Shown: piece after piece, positions 37,032-45,623 of the stretch | Numbering within the stretch: the stretch's first letter is position 1 | Layout: the number at the start of each line of letters is the position of its first letter | Assembly (NCBI GenBank): GCA_045128515.1 | Contig: JBGVRO010000052.1 | Coordinates: forward strand, 8,493 to 72,492 | Direction: 5' to 3' | DNA from: Eubacteriales bacterium | GTDB lineage: Bacteria; Bacillota; Clostridia; Oscillospirales; CAG-272 | Length of the DNA: 64,000 bases | Notes under the pieces: generated by a model | The model's database searches: none | Told to the model about the DNA's origin: nothing | What the model saw: the letters and a program-made list of their open reading frames with translations, nothing else | Made by a program: the position numbers and the translations under genes

Positions 37032-37625
37032 GTGAAAGAAGTCGTAGAAGAAAACAAATACCAAAAGAAAATAATTACGATACCTAACCTTCTGTCGTTG
37101 GTAAGACTGTGCCTTATACCTGTAATAGTATGGCTGTATCTTGGAAAAAAGGACTATATGCTTACAGGAATATTCGTACTGATCTCCGGACTTACCGACG
37201 TTGTTGACGGCTGGATCGCAAGAACCTTTAATATGATAAGCGACCTTGGCAAGGTGCTTGACCCCATTGCGGACAAGTCTACCCAGGCGGTGGTAGTAAT
37301 CCTTTTGGCAACCAGATTTCCACTGATGCTACTGCCCTTGTCTATTGGAATTATCAAGGAAATATTTATGACGGTAAGCGGTTACTTTGTGGTTAAAAAA
37401 TGCAACGTTGTACTTGGTGCTGAGTGGCACGGAAAGCTTGCGACAGTATTGCTGACCTTAACCATGGCATTGCACCTTGTATGGTTTAATATTTCGCCTG
37501 TTCCATCTGCTATTACGATAGTGCTTTCGGGTATATCAATCGCGCTGTCGCTAGCACTTTACGCAGTAAGAAATATCGGATATTTAAGAGGAAAATACAA
37601 GGCAGAATGCAAAAATGCGACCTGA
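37032..37625 (+). CDS. CDP-alcohol phosphatidyltransferase family protein (PgsA-like)
   Basis: Motif DVVDGWIARTFNMISDLGKVLDPIADK, which is D-x2-D-G-x2-A-R-x8-G-x3-D-x3-D. The track ORF starts at TTG 37017, but that TTG overlaps a GGAGG (37019..37023) sitting 8 nt before GTG 37032, which I take as the start. Confidence 0.85.
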   Translation: MKEVVEENKYQKKIITIPNLLSLVRLCLIPVIVWLYLGKKDYMLTGIFVLISGLTDVVDGWIARTFNMISDLGKVLDPIADKSTQAVVVILLATRFPLMLLPLSIGIIKEIFMTVSGYFVVKKCNVVLGAEWHGKLATVLLTLTMALHLVWFNISPVPSAITIVLSGISIALSLALYAVRNIGYLRGKYKAECKNAT

Positions 37626-37645
37626 ACGGTCGCATTTTTTATTTT
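37611..37645. terminator. Bidirectional rho-independent terminator shared by convergent genes
   Basis: 8-bp stem ATGCGACC / GGTCGCAT with a 5-nt loop that contains the TGA stop. Flanked by AAAA upstream and TTTTTATTTT downstream. Confidence 0.7.
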
Positions 37646-37932
37646 AAAGCTCTGGATATTTCAAGAAGTCTGTCGCGGATTTTTATAAGCTTTGGACAGT
37701 GCTTTTCACACCTTCCGCAGACGATACACTCACCTGCTTTGCGGTATCCCTTGTCTGTAACAAGAGCCTTCTCTATATCGAGAGCTTCGGCAAGATCACC
37801 ACTTTTTATCAGATGATTCATCGCCTCAAACGAGCCGGGAATACCGATATTTTTCGGACAAACAGGAATGCATTTATTGCATTTGATACAAGGGATAAGG
37901 TTGGTTTCTTCTGTCATGGGGTTGCCTTTCAT
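37639..37932 (-). CDS. Small 4Fe-4S cluster-binding protein resembling only the C-terminal Fe-S domain of COG1453-type aldo/keto reductases
   Basis: Two Cys clusters, CIKCNKCIPVCP and CIVCGRCEKHCP, separated by GIPGSFEAMNHL…. The internal ATG at 37917 (MTEETN…) has a better SD (AAAGG) and fits the predicted TSS, so the real start may be 37917. Confidence 0.6.
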   Translation of the reverse strand: MKGNPMTEETNLIPCIKCNKCIPVCPKNIGIPGSFEAMNHLIKSGDLAEALDIEKALVTDKGYRKAGECIVCGRCEKHCPKLIKIRDRLLEISRALK

Positions 37933-37950
37933 TAAGTCTTACACAAATTC

Positions 37951-37979
37951 ATTTGTAAGTATTATAGCACAATTTGAAA
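37951..37979 (-). promoter_or_regulatory. Consensus-like sigma-A promoter (TTGATT-17 nt-TATAAT, TGn-extended) for the small Fe-S protein gene
   Basis: Minus strand reads TTGATT (37979..37974), a 17-nt spacer ending TGC, then TATAAT (37956..37951). Confidence 0.55.
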
Positions 37980-38169
37980 GACAAATCAAGGTGGTAGTGT
38001 ATATTATCGTTTTTGCGTATCATATCACTAAAAGGTGGGTTTTGACACTTTTTGTCAATATTCCAAGCCTTGCCGTTTACAAGCAAGCTTGACACGCTCT
38101 GCGGCTGGAATGCGAACCACATTCGCGCTTTGCGCGAGGTGGTCAATCCACGGCTTCCGCTAAAAAACA

Positions 38170-38200
38170 AAACGGACGCCGCAAGGATGTCCGTTTTGTT
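38170..38200 (-). terminator. Rho-independent terminator immediately downstream of tRNA-Val
   Basis: 8-bp stem AAACGGAC / GTCCGTTT with an 11-nt loop. On the minus strand it is followed by TTTTGTTTTTT. Confidence 0.7.
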
Positions 38201-38202
38201 TT

Positions 38203-38279
38203 TGGTGGAAACGGGTGGGCTCGAACCACTGACCCCCTGCATGTCAAGCAGGTACTCTGACCAACTGAGCTACGCTTCC
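38203..38279 (-). tRNA. tRNA-Val (anticodon GAC), CCA encoded
   Basis: Reverse complement is GGAAGCGTAGCTCAGTTGGTCAGAGTACCTGCTTGACATGCAGGGGGTCAGTGGTTCGAGCCCACCCGTTTCCACCA. It folds as a cloverleaf: 7-bp acceptor, anticodon stem CCTGC/GCAGG, loop TTGACAT giving GAC, and T-loop TTCGAGC. There is one A-C mismatch at 49:65. Confidence 0.9.
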
Positions 38280-38290
38280 TTATTGCTTAC

Positions 38291-38319
38291 ATTATATAAT
38301 ATTGAGGCCGTTTTGTCAA
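38291..38319 (-). promoter_or_regulatory. Perfect consensus sigma-A promoter (TTGACA-17 nt-TATAAT) driving tRNA-Val
   Basis: Minus strand reads TTGACA (38319..38314), a 17-nt spacer, then TATAAT (38296..38291). The mature tRNA 5' end lies 11 nt downstream of the -10. Confidence 0.65.
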
Positions 38320-38356
38320 CCTCAAAATAATTATTTCTTAAGTAGTATTTTCGCTC

Positions 38357-38385
38357 TTGCAAAAAGTATTTATTTATGTTATAAT
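38357..38385 (+). promoter_or_regulatory. Putative sigma-A promoter (TTGCAA-17 nt-TATAAT) for glnA
   Basis: TTGCAA at 38357..38362, a 17-nt spacer, TATAAT at 38380..38385. About 50 nt before the glnA ATG. Confidence 0.6.
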
Positions 38386-38436
38386 AAAGCAGTTATGGAT
38401 AAAACACAGCGAAAATATAGAAATGAGGTTTTTATA

Positions 38437-39861
38437 ATGGCAAAAACTGTTCAGGACATTTTGGCTCTTATTAAGGAAAAGGGCATCAAAATGGTTGACT
38501 TTAAGATGGTTGACATTAACGGTCAGTACCGTCACGTTACTATTCCTGCAGATAACTTCTCCGAGGAGGTTATGACATACGGCATCGGCTTCGATGCATC
38601 TAACTACGGCTATGCAGTTGTTGAGAAGAGCGACATGGTATTCATTCCCGATCCCGACACAGCTCTTATCGATCCCTTCTGCGATATCCCCACTCTTTCC
38701 ATGACGGGTAATGCGATGATCATTGATTATCCTAAGAACCGTCCCCTTCCCCAGTATCCCAGAAATATTATCAAGGCTGCCGTTGACTATATGAAGGCAA
38801 GCGGTGTGGCAGACGAGATGAAGATCCTGCCCGAGTTTGAGTTCTATCTCTTCGACAACGTTGGTTGGGAGGTTGCGGGCAACTCTATCGGTGTTACTCT
38901 CGATGCAAAGCAGTCCTACTGGAACAGCGGTGTTGAGGGTCTTGGCGTTGTAGTTCCCAAGCAGAAGAACTATCACATTGCAAAACCCTTTGACATCTCC
39001 TACGAGTGCAGAAGCGAAATGTGTCTGCATATGCTTGACGCAGGTATTGAGATCAACTATCATCACCCCGAGGTTGCCGCTTCCGGTCAGTATGAGATCG
39101 AGCCTCAGCTTGGCGAGGTTGTTCACATGGCAGATGCGACCATGATGATCAAGTACATCATTCACAACACTGCCCTTAAGTATGGCAAGAGCGCGACCTT
39201 TATGCCCAAGCCCATCTACGGTGAGGCAGGCAGCGGTATGCACGTGCATATGCTTCTCTTCAAGGACGGCGAACCTGTATTCTCCGATGATAACGGCTAC
39301 GCGCACCTTTCCGAGACCGCACATTATTTTATGGGTGGTATCTTGAAGCACATCTCCTCGCTTTGCGCAATTACCAACCCCTCTACCAACTCCTTCAAGC
39401 GTCTTGTTCCCGGCTTTGAGGCTCCTGTAACCGTTGGTTACGCTACCTCTAACAGATCTGCAGTTATCAGAATTCCCGCATATGCAAAGAGCCCTGACAA
39501 GCGTCGCTTTGAGCTTCGTAATCCCGATGCTACCTGCAACCCCTATTTCTGCTATGCGGCAATCCTTATGGCAGGTCTTGACGGTATTAAGAACAAGATC
39601 GATCCTCACGCAGAGGGATGGGGTCCCTACGACTTTAACCTCTTCCACCTTCCCGAGGAGGAGAAGGCAAAGCTTAAGGGTCTGCCCACATCTCTTGAGG
39701 CTGCTCTTGATGCTCTTGAGGCTGATCACGACTACCTTACCGTAGGCGGTGTATTCCCCGAGGAGCTTCTCAAGAACTTCATTAAGACCAAGAGAGCCGA
39801 GTGCTCCGAAATGTCTAAGATTCCTCATCCTGCAGAGTTCGACAGATATTACAATCTTTAA
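38437..39861 (+). CDS. glnA: Glutamine synthetase, type I
   Basis: MAKTVQDILALIKEKGIKMVDFKMVDINGQYRHVTIP (GS beta-grasp N-domain). Catalytic-domain motifs KPIYGEAGSGMHVHMLLF and NSFKRLVPGFEAPV. GAGG SD 8 nt before ATG 38437. The track ORF start at 38302 is a spurious extension that overlaps the tRNA promoter. Confidence 0.93.
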   Translation: MAKTVQDILALIKEKGIKMVDFKMVDINGQYRHVTIPADNFSEEVMTYGIGFDASNYGYAVVEKSDMVFIPDPDTALIDPFCDIPTLSMTGNAMIIDYPKNRPLPQYPRNIIKAAVDYMKASGVADEMKILPEFEFYLFDNVGWEVAGNSIGVTLDAKQSYWNSGVEGLGVVVPKQKNYHIAKPFDISYECRSEMCLHMLDAGIEINYHHPEVAASGQYEIEPQLGEVVHMADATMMIKYIIHNTALKYGKSATFMPKPIYGEAGSGMHVHMLLFKDGEPVFSDDNGYAHLSETAHYFMGGILKHISSLCAITNPSTNSFKRLVPGFEAPVTVGYATSNRSAVIRIPAYAKSPDKRRFELRNPDATCNPYFCYAAILMAGLDGIKNKIDPHAEGWGPYDFNLFHLPEEEKAKLKGLPTSLEAALDALEADHDYLTVGGVFPEELLKNFIKTKRAECSEMSKIPHPAEFDRYYNL

Positions 39862-39872
39862 TAAAAATTATT

Positions 39873-39908
39873 CCCCGTACCGATCAAGGTACGGGGTTCT
39901 TTTATTTT
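39873..39908. terminator. Rho-independent terminator after glnA (bidirectional with the convergent PTP gene)
   Basis: Perfect 9-bp stem CCCCGTACC / GGTACGGGG with a 6-nt loop, followed by TTCTTTTATTTTATT. An A-rich tract lies on the other side. Confidence 0.75.
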
Positions 39909-40354
39909 ATTATCGATTCTATAAGCGCATTGCAACCGTCTGTAACGTCGCGATATGTTTCCTCGAAATTGCCCGTATACCAGGGGTCGGCAACATCGCC
40001 ACCGCGGTCAGTCAGTTCGAGAAGCTTAATGACCTTGCCATCGGGGTCTGATCCGAAAATTCGAAGCATATTTCGGATATTATAGGAATCCATACCAACA
40101 AAAAGGTCGTACTTATCATAATCCGAGCGAGTAAGCTGAGTTGCCTCGCGACGGTGATAGGAAATGCCGTATTTCTCGAGAATACGTTTTGTGCCATAAT
40201 GAACGTCGTTGCCTATTTCCTCGGTAGAGGTTGCGCTTGACGAGGCGGTGATTTCAGACTCGAGACCGCGCTTTTTAATCATATCAAGAAAAACAAATTC
40301 TGCCATTGGGCTACGACAAATGTTGCCGTGGCAGACGAACATTATTTTAATCAT
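39902..40354 (-). CDS. Low-molecular-weight protein-tyrosine phosphatase
   Basis: 150 aa. P-loop MFVCHGNICRSPMAE (C-x5-R-S) and the general-acid region DVADPWY. Confidence 0.9.
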   Translation of the reverse strand: MIKIMFVCHGNICRSPMAEFVFLDMIKKRGLESEITASSSATSTEEIGNDVHYGTKRILEKYGISYHRREATQLTRSDYDKYDLFVGMDSYNIRNMLRIFGSDPDGKVIKLLELTDRGGDVADPWYTGNFEETYRDVTDGCNALIESIIK

Positions 40355-41043
40355 AATTTCACCTCAACAGGTTTATCAATAACCATGGACTCGGGAGTAA
40401 CGATACAGTCGTAGGCATATATATCCACTCCTGCCTTTTCTGCACGACGGAGGGCATCTCCAAACGCTTTATGAGTTATATCATTGGGACGGAATTCATG
40501 TATTCCCTTCATTTGAATAACGAATAAAATTGCAGCGCCACAGCCTTCCTTTTTCAGGCTGATAAGCTCCTCAATATGCTTTATTCCGCGCTCGGTGGGA
40601 GCATCAGGGAAAGAAGCTATACCCCCATTTTCAAGAGTAACGCCCTTAACCTCAAGAAAGGTGGTTTTACAGTCCTCCTCGATGCAAAAATCAAAGCGAG
40701 AGCTTCCCTTTGTTACCTCGCGCCGCACACCGGTCGCATTAGGAAAAAGGCGATTTTTCACGAACTCCTCCGCTGCCTCATTTGGCGCCCCCGAGTCCAT
40801 ATTTATAAGTATGCTTTCCCCATTTTCAAGACTTTTTTCGACAGCTACAAGATCGTATTTCGTCTTGCGCTCTCTCCCCGTCGGTTCCTCAAGATAAACC
40901 GTCGCACCTGGCACAAGAAGCTCGCGGCATCTGCCCGTGTTTTTAACGTGACAAACGACCTCCTCACCGTTAAGATCACACAACGCAATAAAACGGTTTG
41001 GACGAGAAACGAAAGTTGCTTTATGTATGTTTTTGTAGGTCAT
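40351..41043 (-). CDS. sfsA: SfsA-family DNA/RNA nuclease (sugar fermentation stimulation protein A homolog)
   Basis: 230 aa. FVSRPNRFIALCDLNGEEVVCHVKNTGRCRELLVPGATVYL and FLEVKGVTLE are typical of SfsA. Confidence 0.88.
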   Translation of the reverse strand: MTYKNIHKATFVSRPNRFIALCDLNGEEVVCHVKNTGRCRELLVPGATVYLEEPTGRERKTKYDLVAVEKSLENGESILINMDSGAPNEAAEEFVKNRLFPNATGVRREVTKGSSRFDFCIEEDCKTTFLEVKGVTLENGGIASFPDAPTERGIKHIEELISLKKEGCGAAILFVIQMKGIHEFRPNDITHKAFGDALRRAEKAGVDIYAYDCIVTPESMVIDKPVEVKL

Positions 41044-41061
41044 TTTATATTCTGCCTTTAT

Positions 41062-42177
41062 TTATTGCTCGCTTTTAAATTTTTCAAGAGCCTTTGACAT
41101 GAGAGCTCTTTCGCTCTCGATTTCCTGCTGATAGGGGAATTTGTGAGCGATTTTTTCATATTGCGCGAGTATTTTTTCAGACTTTGCAACGTCAGAATTT
41201 TTCAGCAAAGCGATAGTATATTCGGTACGAATTACAGACGGATAATTCTTCATTGCGGACATAAACTTCGCAAGCTCAGGAGTCAAAAGCCCCTCAACCT
41301 CTCCGCTATCATTTATAAGTCTGCAATATACGAGATCACAGGTAAGCAGGCTACGGTGCAAGCCTACGATGTTATAATCTGAATTAAGCAATGCCTCAGT
41401 AGCCTCCTCCACAGCCTTAATATCTCCGCTGTCAAAGAGTCTGCCTGCTGCACAAACCGCCAAAGCAGCATTATGTGTATTCTGCATATCTGCACCGTTC
41501 GGAAGTGTGAACCACTCGTCGGGCATTTCTGATAGGCGAAGTCCCTCGGTCTGTGCCGCGTTAATAAGAAGCTGCTTTTTAAAGGATGATGCTGCCTCGG
41601 GATTTTTCGACAGCTGAAGCGCGTTCATACCGTCGTTGGCAATACCGCCCAAATTCAGCGGAATACCGTTGGTAAGCAACATAAAAATGGATAACACAGC
41701 GCTCATCCATAAGAACGTAGAAAGAATATATACTTTGGGAAGTATATTGTTCAACGCAAAACAAAGGATAGCAAAAATGAGGTTGAAAATAATGCCACCA
41801 AGATTGTAAAGAATTACCGATGCCTTGGTTTCCTCATGCTCGGGCGGAATCATAAGACATTGTCCGCCTGTTCCCATAAGCTTAAAGCGACGAAGATTTA
41901 GTTTGCCGTCCTGCTTAATAAGCATAAAACTCCATATGCGGAAGGAGCAGAAGCGATATCCTGTAAGCAAGCCGAATACGAGATGACCGCTCTCGTGTAC
42001 GATCACATTAATATTATAAGCAAGGAAAATGGCAAGAATAAAGTCCAAGAAATACATAACTCCATCTATTCCGTTCATAAGAGCTCCTATAAAGGCAAGA
42101 CCGTAATATCCCCCCACAATGATTGCCATCGTGTATAAAAGAACCTTAAAAACAATCTTTATTGCTTTTTTCATCAC
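41062..42177 (-). CDS. Membrane zinc metallopeptidase-like protein (M50/site-2-protease-like) with a helical C-terminal domain
   Basis: 371 aa. HExxH within a TM helix (VIVHESGHLVFG). A second motif, NGIPLNLGGIANDG, resembles the S2P NxxPxxxLDG. A soluble helical domain of about 190 aa follows. Confidence 0.55.
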   Translation of the reverse strand: MMKKAIKIVFKVLLYTMAIIVGGYYGLAFIGALMNGIDGVMYFLDFILAIFLAYNINVIVHESGHLVFGLLTGYRFCSFRIWSFMLIKQDGKLNLRRFKLMGTGGQCLMIPPEHEETKASVILYNLGGIIFNLIFAILCFALNNILPKVYILSTFLWMSAVLSIFMLLTNGIPLNLGGIANDGMNALQLSKNPEAASSFKKQLLINAAQTEGLRLSEMPDEWFTLPNGADMQNTHNAALAVCAAGRLFDSGDIKAVEEATEALLNSDYNIVGLHRSLLTCDLVYCRLINDSGEVEGLLTPELAKFMSAMKNYPSVIRTEYTIALLKNSDVAKSEKILAQYEKIAHKFPYQQEIESERALMSKALEKFKSEQ

Positions 42178-42635
42178 TCAAGTCCTCCGAAATTGTTTTG
42201 TCTTAACACCTCATATACGGCAATGGCAACCGAATTAGAAAGGTTAAGGCAACGCAAGGTTTTACGCATAGGAATACGCACACTTCTGTCAAGATTGGCC
42301 TCCACCAGCTCTCTCGGTAATCCTACCGACTCTCTGCCGAACACGAGAAATGCATCGTCGGGATAGGTTATATCAGCATAGGAGTTCTTACCGTGGGCAG
42401 AAAAGAAATACATTTTTGCATCGGGATTTTTATTTAAAAAATCCTCATAATTTTCGTAATACCTAACGTCAAGCTTATCCCAATAATCAAGTCCTGCGCG
42501 CTTTAACGTGCGATCAGATATTTCAAAGCCAATAGGCTTTATAATATGTAATCTTGCTCCCGTCACGGCGCAGGTACGGGAGATATTGCCTGTGTTCTGC
42601 GGTATCTCGGGAGAATATAAAACTATGTTGATCAT
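42174..42635 (-). CDS. trmL: tRNA (cytidine/uridine-34 2'-O)-methyltransferase TrmL (SpoU family)
   Basis: 153 aa. MINIVLYSPEIPQNTGNISRTCAVTGARLHIIKPIGF…LKRAGLDYW and LNLSNSVAIAVYE (SPOUT knot). Confidence 0.88.
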   Translation of the reverse strand: MINIVLYSPEIPQNTGNISRTCAVTGARLHIIKPIGFEISDRTLKRAGLDYWDKLDVRYYENYEDFLNKNPDAKMYFFSAHGKNSYADITYPDDAFLVFGRESVGLPRELVEANLDRSVRIPMRKTLRCLNLSNSVAIAVYEVLRQNNFGGLE

Positions 42636-42822
42636 TTATTCCTCACAAAATATGGTTTTAATAATATTTTATCATAGCGACCGAGCAAATGCAATAGAAA
42701 GGACTATTTTGCACAAAAAAACAAAATAAAAAATATTTTATCAATTTCCCTTTATTTTTCTTATTTTATGTGATATAATAGATTGGTTAATTATTTTCCT
42801 ATGGAAAGGATTTGTATTTTAA

Positions 42823-45597
42823 ATGGGAATTTTCAGTTCATTATTTAAGAGCTATAGCGAAAAGCAGATAAAAAGAATTATGCCTCTCGTTGACGAGATC
42901 GAATCGCTTGCAGACAAGTTCAAGGCGATGACCGATGCGGAAATGAAGGCATATACAGGAAAGCTTAAGAGTGATCTTGCAAACGGCAAGACCCTTGACG
43001 ATATTCTGCCCGAAGCATTCGCCCTTGTAAGAGAGGCTGACGAAAGAGTGCTTGGAAAGCGCCCCTTCCGCGTTCAGCTTATCGGTGGTATACTTCTCCA
43101 CCAGGGTCGAATTGCAGAGATGAAGACAGGTGAAGGTAAAACACTGGTTGCTACCCTGCCCGCATATCTTAATGCGCTCAGCGGTAAAGGTGTGCATATC
43201 GTAACCGTAAACGATTACCTTGCAAAGCGTGACAGCGATGAGATGGGACGTGTATACGGCTTCCTCGGTCTTACGACAGGTCTTATCGTTCACGGTCAGA
43301 ACGCGCACGAAAAGAGACAGTCTTACAACGCTGATATTACCTACGCGACAAACAACGAGCTGGGCTTTGATTATCTGCGTGACAACATGGTTACCTACAA
43401 AGAGAATATGGTTCAGCGCGGTCACAGCTTTGCCATTATTGACGAGGTTGACTCTATCCTTATTGACGAGGCAAGAACTCCCCTTATCATCTCGGGACAC
43501 GGCGGAAAGTCCACAGATCTCTACACACTTGCAAATCAGCTGGTAAGAGGTATGACAAAGCACGTTATCAGAGAGGTTGACTCTAAGCAGGACCTTGACG
43601 TTTACGAGGAGGACTATATCGTAGACGAGAAGGCGCGCACCGCGGTTCTTACACAGCACGGTATTGACAAGGCAGAAAAATTCTTCAAGATCGAGAATCT
43701 CTCCGATCCCGAAAACACAAGCATCTATCACCACGTTAACATCGCTATCAAAGCGCACGGTGTTATGAAAAACGAGGTAGACTATATCGTAAAAGACGGA
43801 AACGTGCTTATTGTAGATGCCTTTACCGGTCGTCTTATGCCCGGCAGACGATACAACGACGGTCTGCACCAGGCTATTGAGGCAAAGGAGGGCGTTGACG
43901 TTCAGAACGAAAGCCGAACCATTGCTACCATCACATTCCAGAACTATTTCCGTATGTACAAGAAGCTGTCGGGTATGACAGGTACTGCGCTTACCGAGGA
44001 GGACGAATTTAAGTCCACTTATGCTCTCGACGTAGTTGAGGTTCCTACCAACAAGCCGATGATAAGAATTGACCGCAAGGACTCGGTTTATGCAACTATT
44101 AACGGCAAGACCAAGGCAATTATTGAGCAGATCAGAGAATGCCACGCAAAGGGTCAGCCCGTGCTTGTAGGTACGGTTTCTATTGAAAAATCCGAGGAGC
44201 TCTCGGTTATCCTGAGAAGAGCGGGAATCCCCCACACCGTGCTTAATGCAAAGCACCACGAGAAAGAGGCAGAAATCGTTGCACAGGCAGGACGCTATGG
44301 CGCGGTTACTATCTCCACCAATATGGCAGGACGTGGTACGGATATCATGCTTGGCGGTAACCCCGAATATATGGCAAAGTCCGATATGCGTAAGCAGGGC
44401 TTTGAGGAGGGACTTATTGCGATGGCAACAAGCTCTGCCCCCTCTGAGGACGAGGCTGTAAACGAGGCGAGAGCCGTATTCAGTCAGCTTTATGCAAAGC
44501 ACAAGGAAGCGATTGAGCCCGAAGCACAGAAGGTGCGCGAGGCGGGTGGTCTGTTTATCCTCGGTACAGAAAGACACGAGTCGAGACGAATCGACAATCA
44601 GCTCCGCGGTCGTTCCGGACGTCAGGGCGACCCAGGTGAATCACGCTTCTACCTCTCTCTCGAGGACGATCTTATGCGTCTGTTTGCCGCAGACAGAACG
44701 GATACCATCATTGCAATGTGTAAAAAGATCGGTCTTGATGAAAAGACTGCCATTGACGACAGAATTCTGTCGGGTGTTATCGAAAATGCACAGAAGAAGT
44801 TTGAAGAGAACAACTTCCAGCGCAGAAAGAACGTTCTTACCTACGACGACGTTATGAACCAGCAGAGAAACGTTATTTATCAGCAGCGCCAAGAGGTGCT
44901 TATGAATGACAACATTCAGGACACCATTATCTCAATGATCACACGCTCTGTTGAAGAAACCTTCGACCTTTGCTTTGGATTAGAAAACCCCGAGGATTGG
45001 AACTTTGATGAGTTCAGAAACCATTACCTCAACTGGGTAACCGATAAAAGAAACTTCCAGTATACCCCCGAGGAGCTTCGTCAGATCGACAAGGCAAAGT
45101 GGAAGGCTGAACTTGTAGAACGCGCCCTTGAGGTATACAGACAGAAGGACGAGCTGTTTGCAAAGCTGCCAGATGCTCCGCCCGATGCTATGCGTGAGGC
45201 AGAAAAGAGCATTCTGCTTAAGACCGTAGACAGAAAGTGGATGGATCACCTTGAGAATATGGATGAGCTTAAGGAATACGTTGGACTCAACTCCTATGCA
45301 CAGAGAGATCCTGTTGCAATATACCGTATTGAAGGTGCAGATATGTTCGACCAGATGGTTGACGATATCAAGGAGGAGACCGTAAGACAGATCCTCGCGG
45401 TCACCATAAAGGCAGAGGCTACAAAGCGAGTTCAGGTTGCTAATCCCACCTTTGCAGGTCACGCAGGTCAGCAGAATACTCCTTATAAGAAGGATAAAAA
45501 GGCTAACCTTGAACGAAACGATCCTTGTCACTGCGGTAGCGGAAAGAAGTACAAAAATTGCTGCTGGCAAAAGGATCAGATGGCTTCACGCAACTAA
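42823..45597 (+). CDS. secA: Preprotein translocase ATPase SecA
   Basis: 924 aa. MKTGEGKTLVATLPAYLNAL (Walker A), IIDEVDSILIDEARTPLIISG (DEAD-like), NMAGRGTDI, and the C-terminal Zn finger CHCGSGKKYKNCC. Confidence 0.97.
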   Translation: MGIFSSLFKSYSEKQIKRIMPLVDEIESLADKFKAMTDAEMKAYTGKLKSDLANGKTLDDILPEAFALVREADERVLGKRPFRVQLIGGILLHQGRIAEMKTGEGKTLVATLPAYLNALSGKGVHIVTVNDYLAKRDSDEMGRVYGFLGLTTGLIVHGQNAHEKRQSYNADITYATNNELGFDYLRDNMVTYKENMVQRGHSFAIIDEVDSILIDEARTPLIISGHGGKSTDLYTLANQLVRGMTKHVIREVDSKQDLDVYEEDYIVDEKARTAVLTQHGIDKAEKFFKIENLSDPENTSIYHHVNIAIKAHGVMKNEVDYIVKDGNVLIVDAFTGRLMPGRRYNDGLHQAIEAKEGVDVQNESRTIATITFQNYFRMYKKLSGMTGTALTEEDEFKSTYALDVVEVPTNKPMIRIDRKDSVYATINGKTKAIIEQIRECHAKGQPVLVGTVSIEKSEELSVILRRAGIPHTVLNAKHHEKEAEIVAQAGRYGAVTISTNMAGRGTDIMLGGNPEYMAKSDMRKQGFEEGLIAMATSSAPSEDEAVNEARAVFSQLYAKHKEAIEPEAQKVREAGGLFILGTERHESRRIDNQLRGRSGRQGDPGESRFYLSLEDDLMRLFAADRTDTIIAMCKKIGLDEKTAIDDRILSGVIENAQKKFEENNFQRRKNVLTYDDVMNQQRNVIYQQRQEVLMNDNIQDTIISMITRSVEETFDLCFGLENPEDWNFDEFRNHYLNWVTDKRNFQYTPEELRQIDKAKWKAELVERALEVYRQKDELFAKLPDAPPDAMREAEKSILLKTVDRKWMDHLENMDELKEYVGLNSYAQRDPVAIYRIEGADMFDQMVDDIKEETVRQILAVTIKAEATKRVQVANPTFAGHAGQQNTPYKKDKKANLERNDPCHCGSGKKYKNCCWQKDQMASRN

Positions 45598-45623
45598 TTT
45601 GACAGCTTGAAAGGTAATTTATT

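Noticed and set aside
37949-38242. A 97-aa minus-strand ORF and a 92-aa plus-strand ORF (38052..38330) overlapping tRNA-Val.
   Set aside because: They overlap a well-folding tRNA gene, its terminator and its promoter. They have no SD or recognisable motifs.
37933-38330. A tRNA-associated genomic island or integration site (tRNA-Val next to a truncated-looking Fe-S gene).
   Set aside because: No integrase, no direct repeat of the tRNA 3' end and no other mobile-element genes are visible. Both flanking genes have their own consensus promoters.
38302-38436. The 45-codon N-terminal extension of the glnA ORF given in the track (MRPFCQPQNNYFLSS…).
   Set aside because: It has no SD, starts inside the tRNA-Val promoter, and contains the predicted glnA promoter. 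The ATG at 38437 has a GAGG SD and gives the canonical GS N-terminus.
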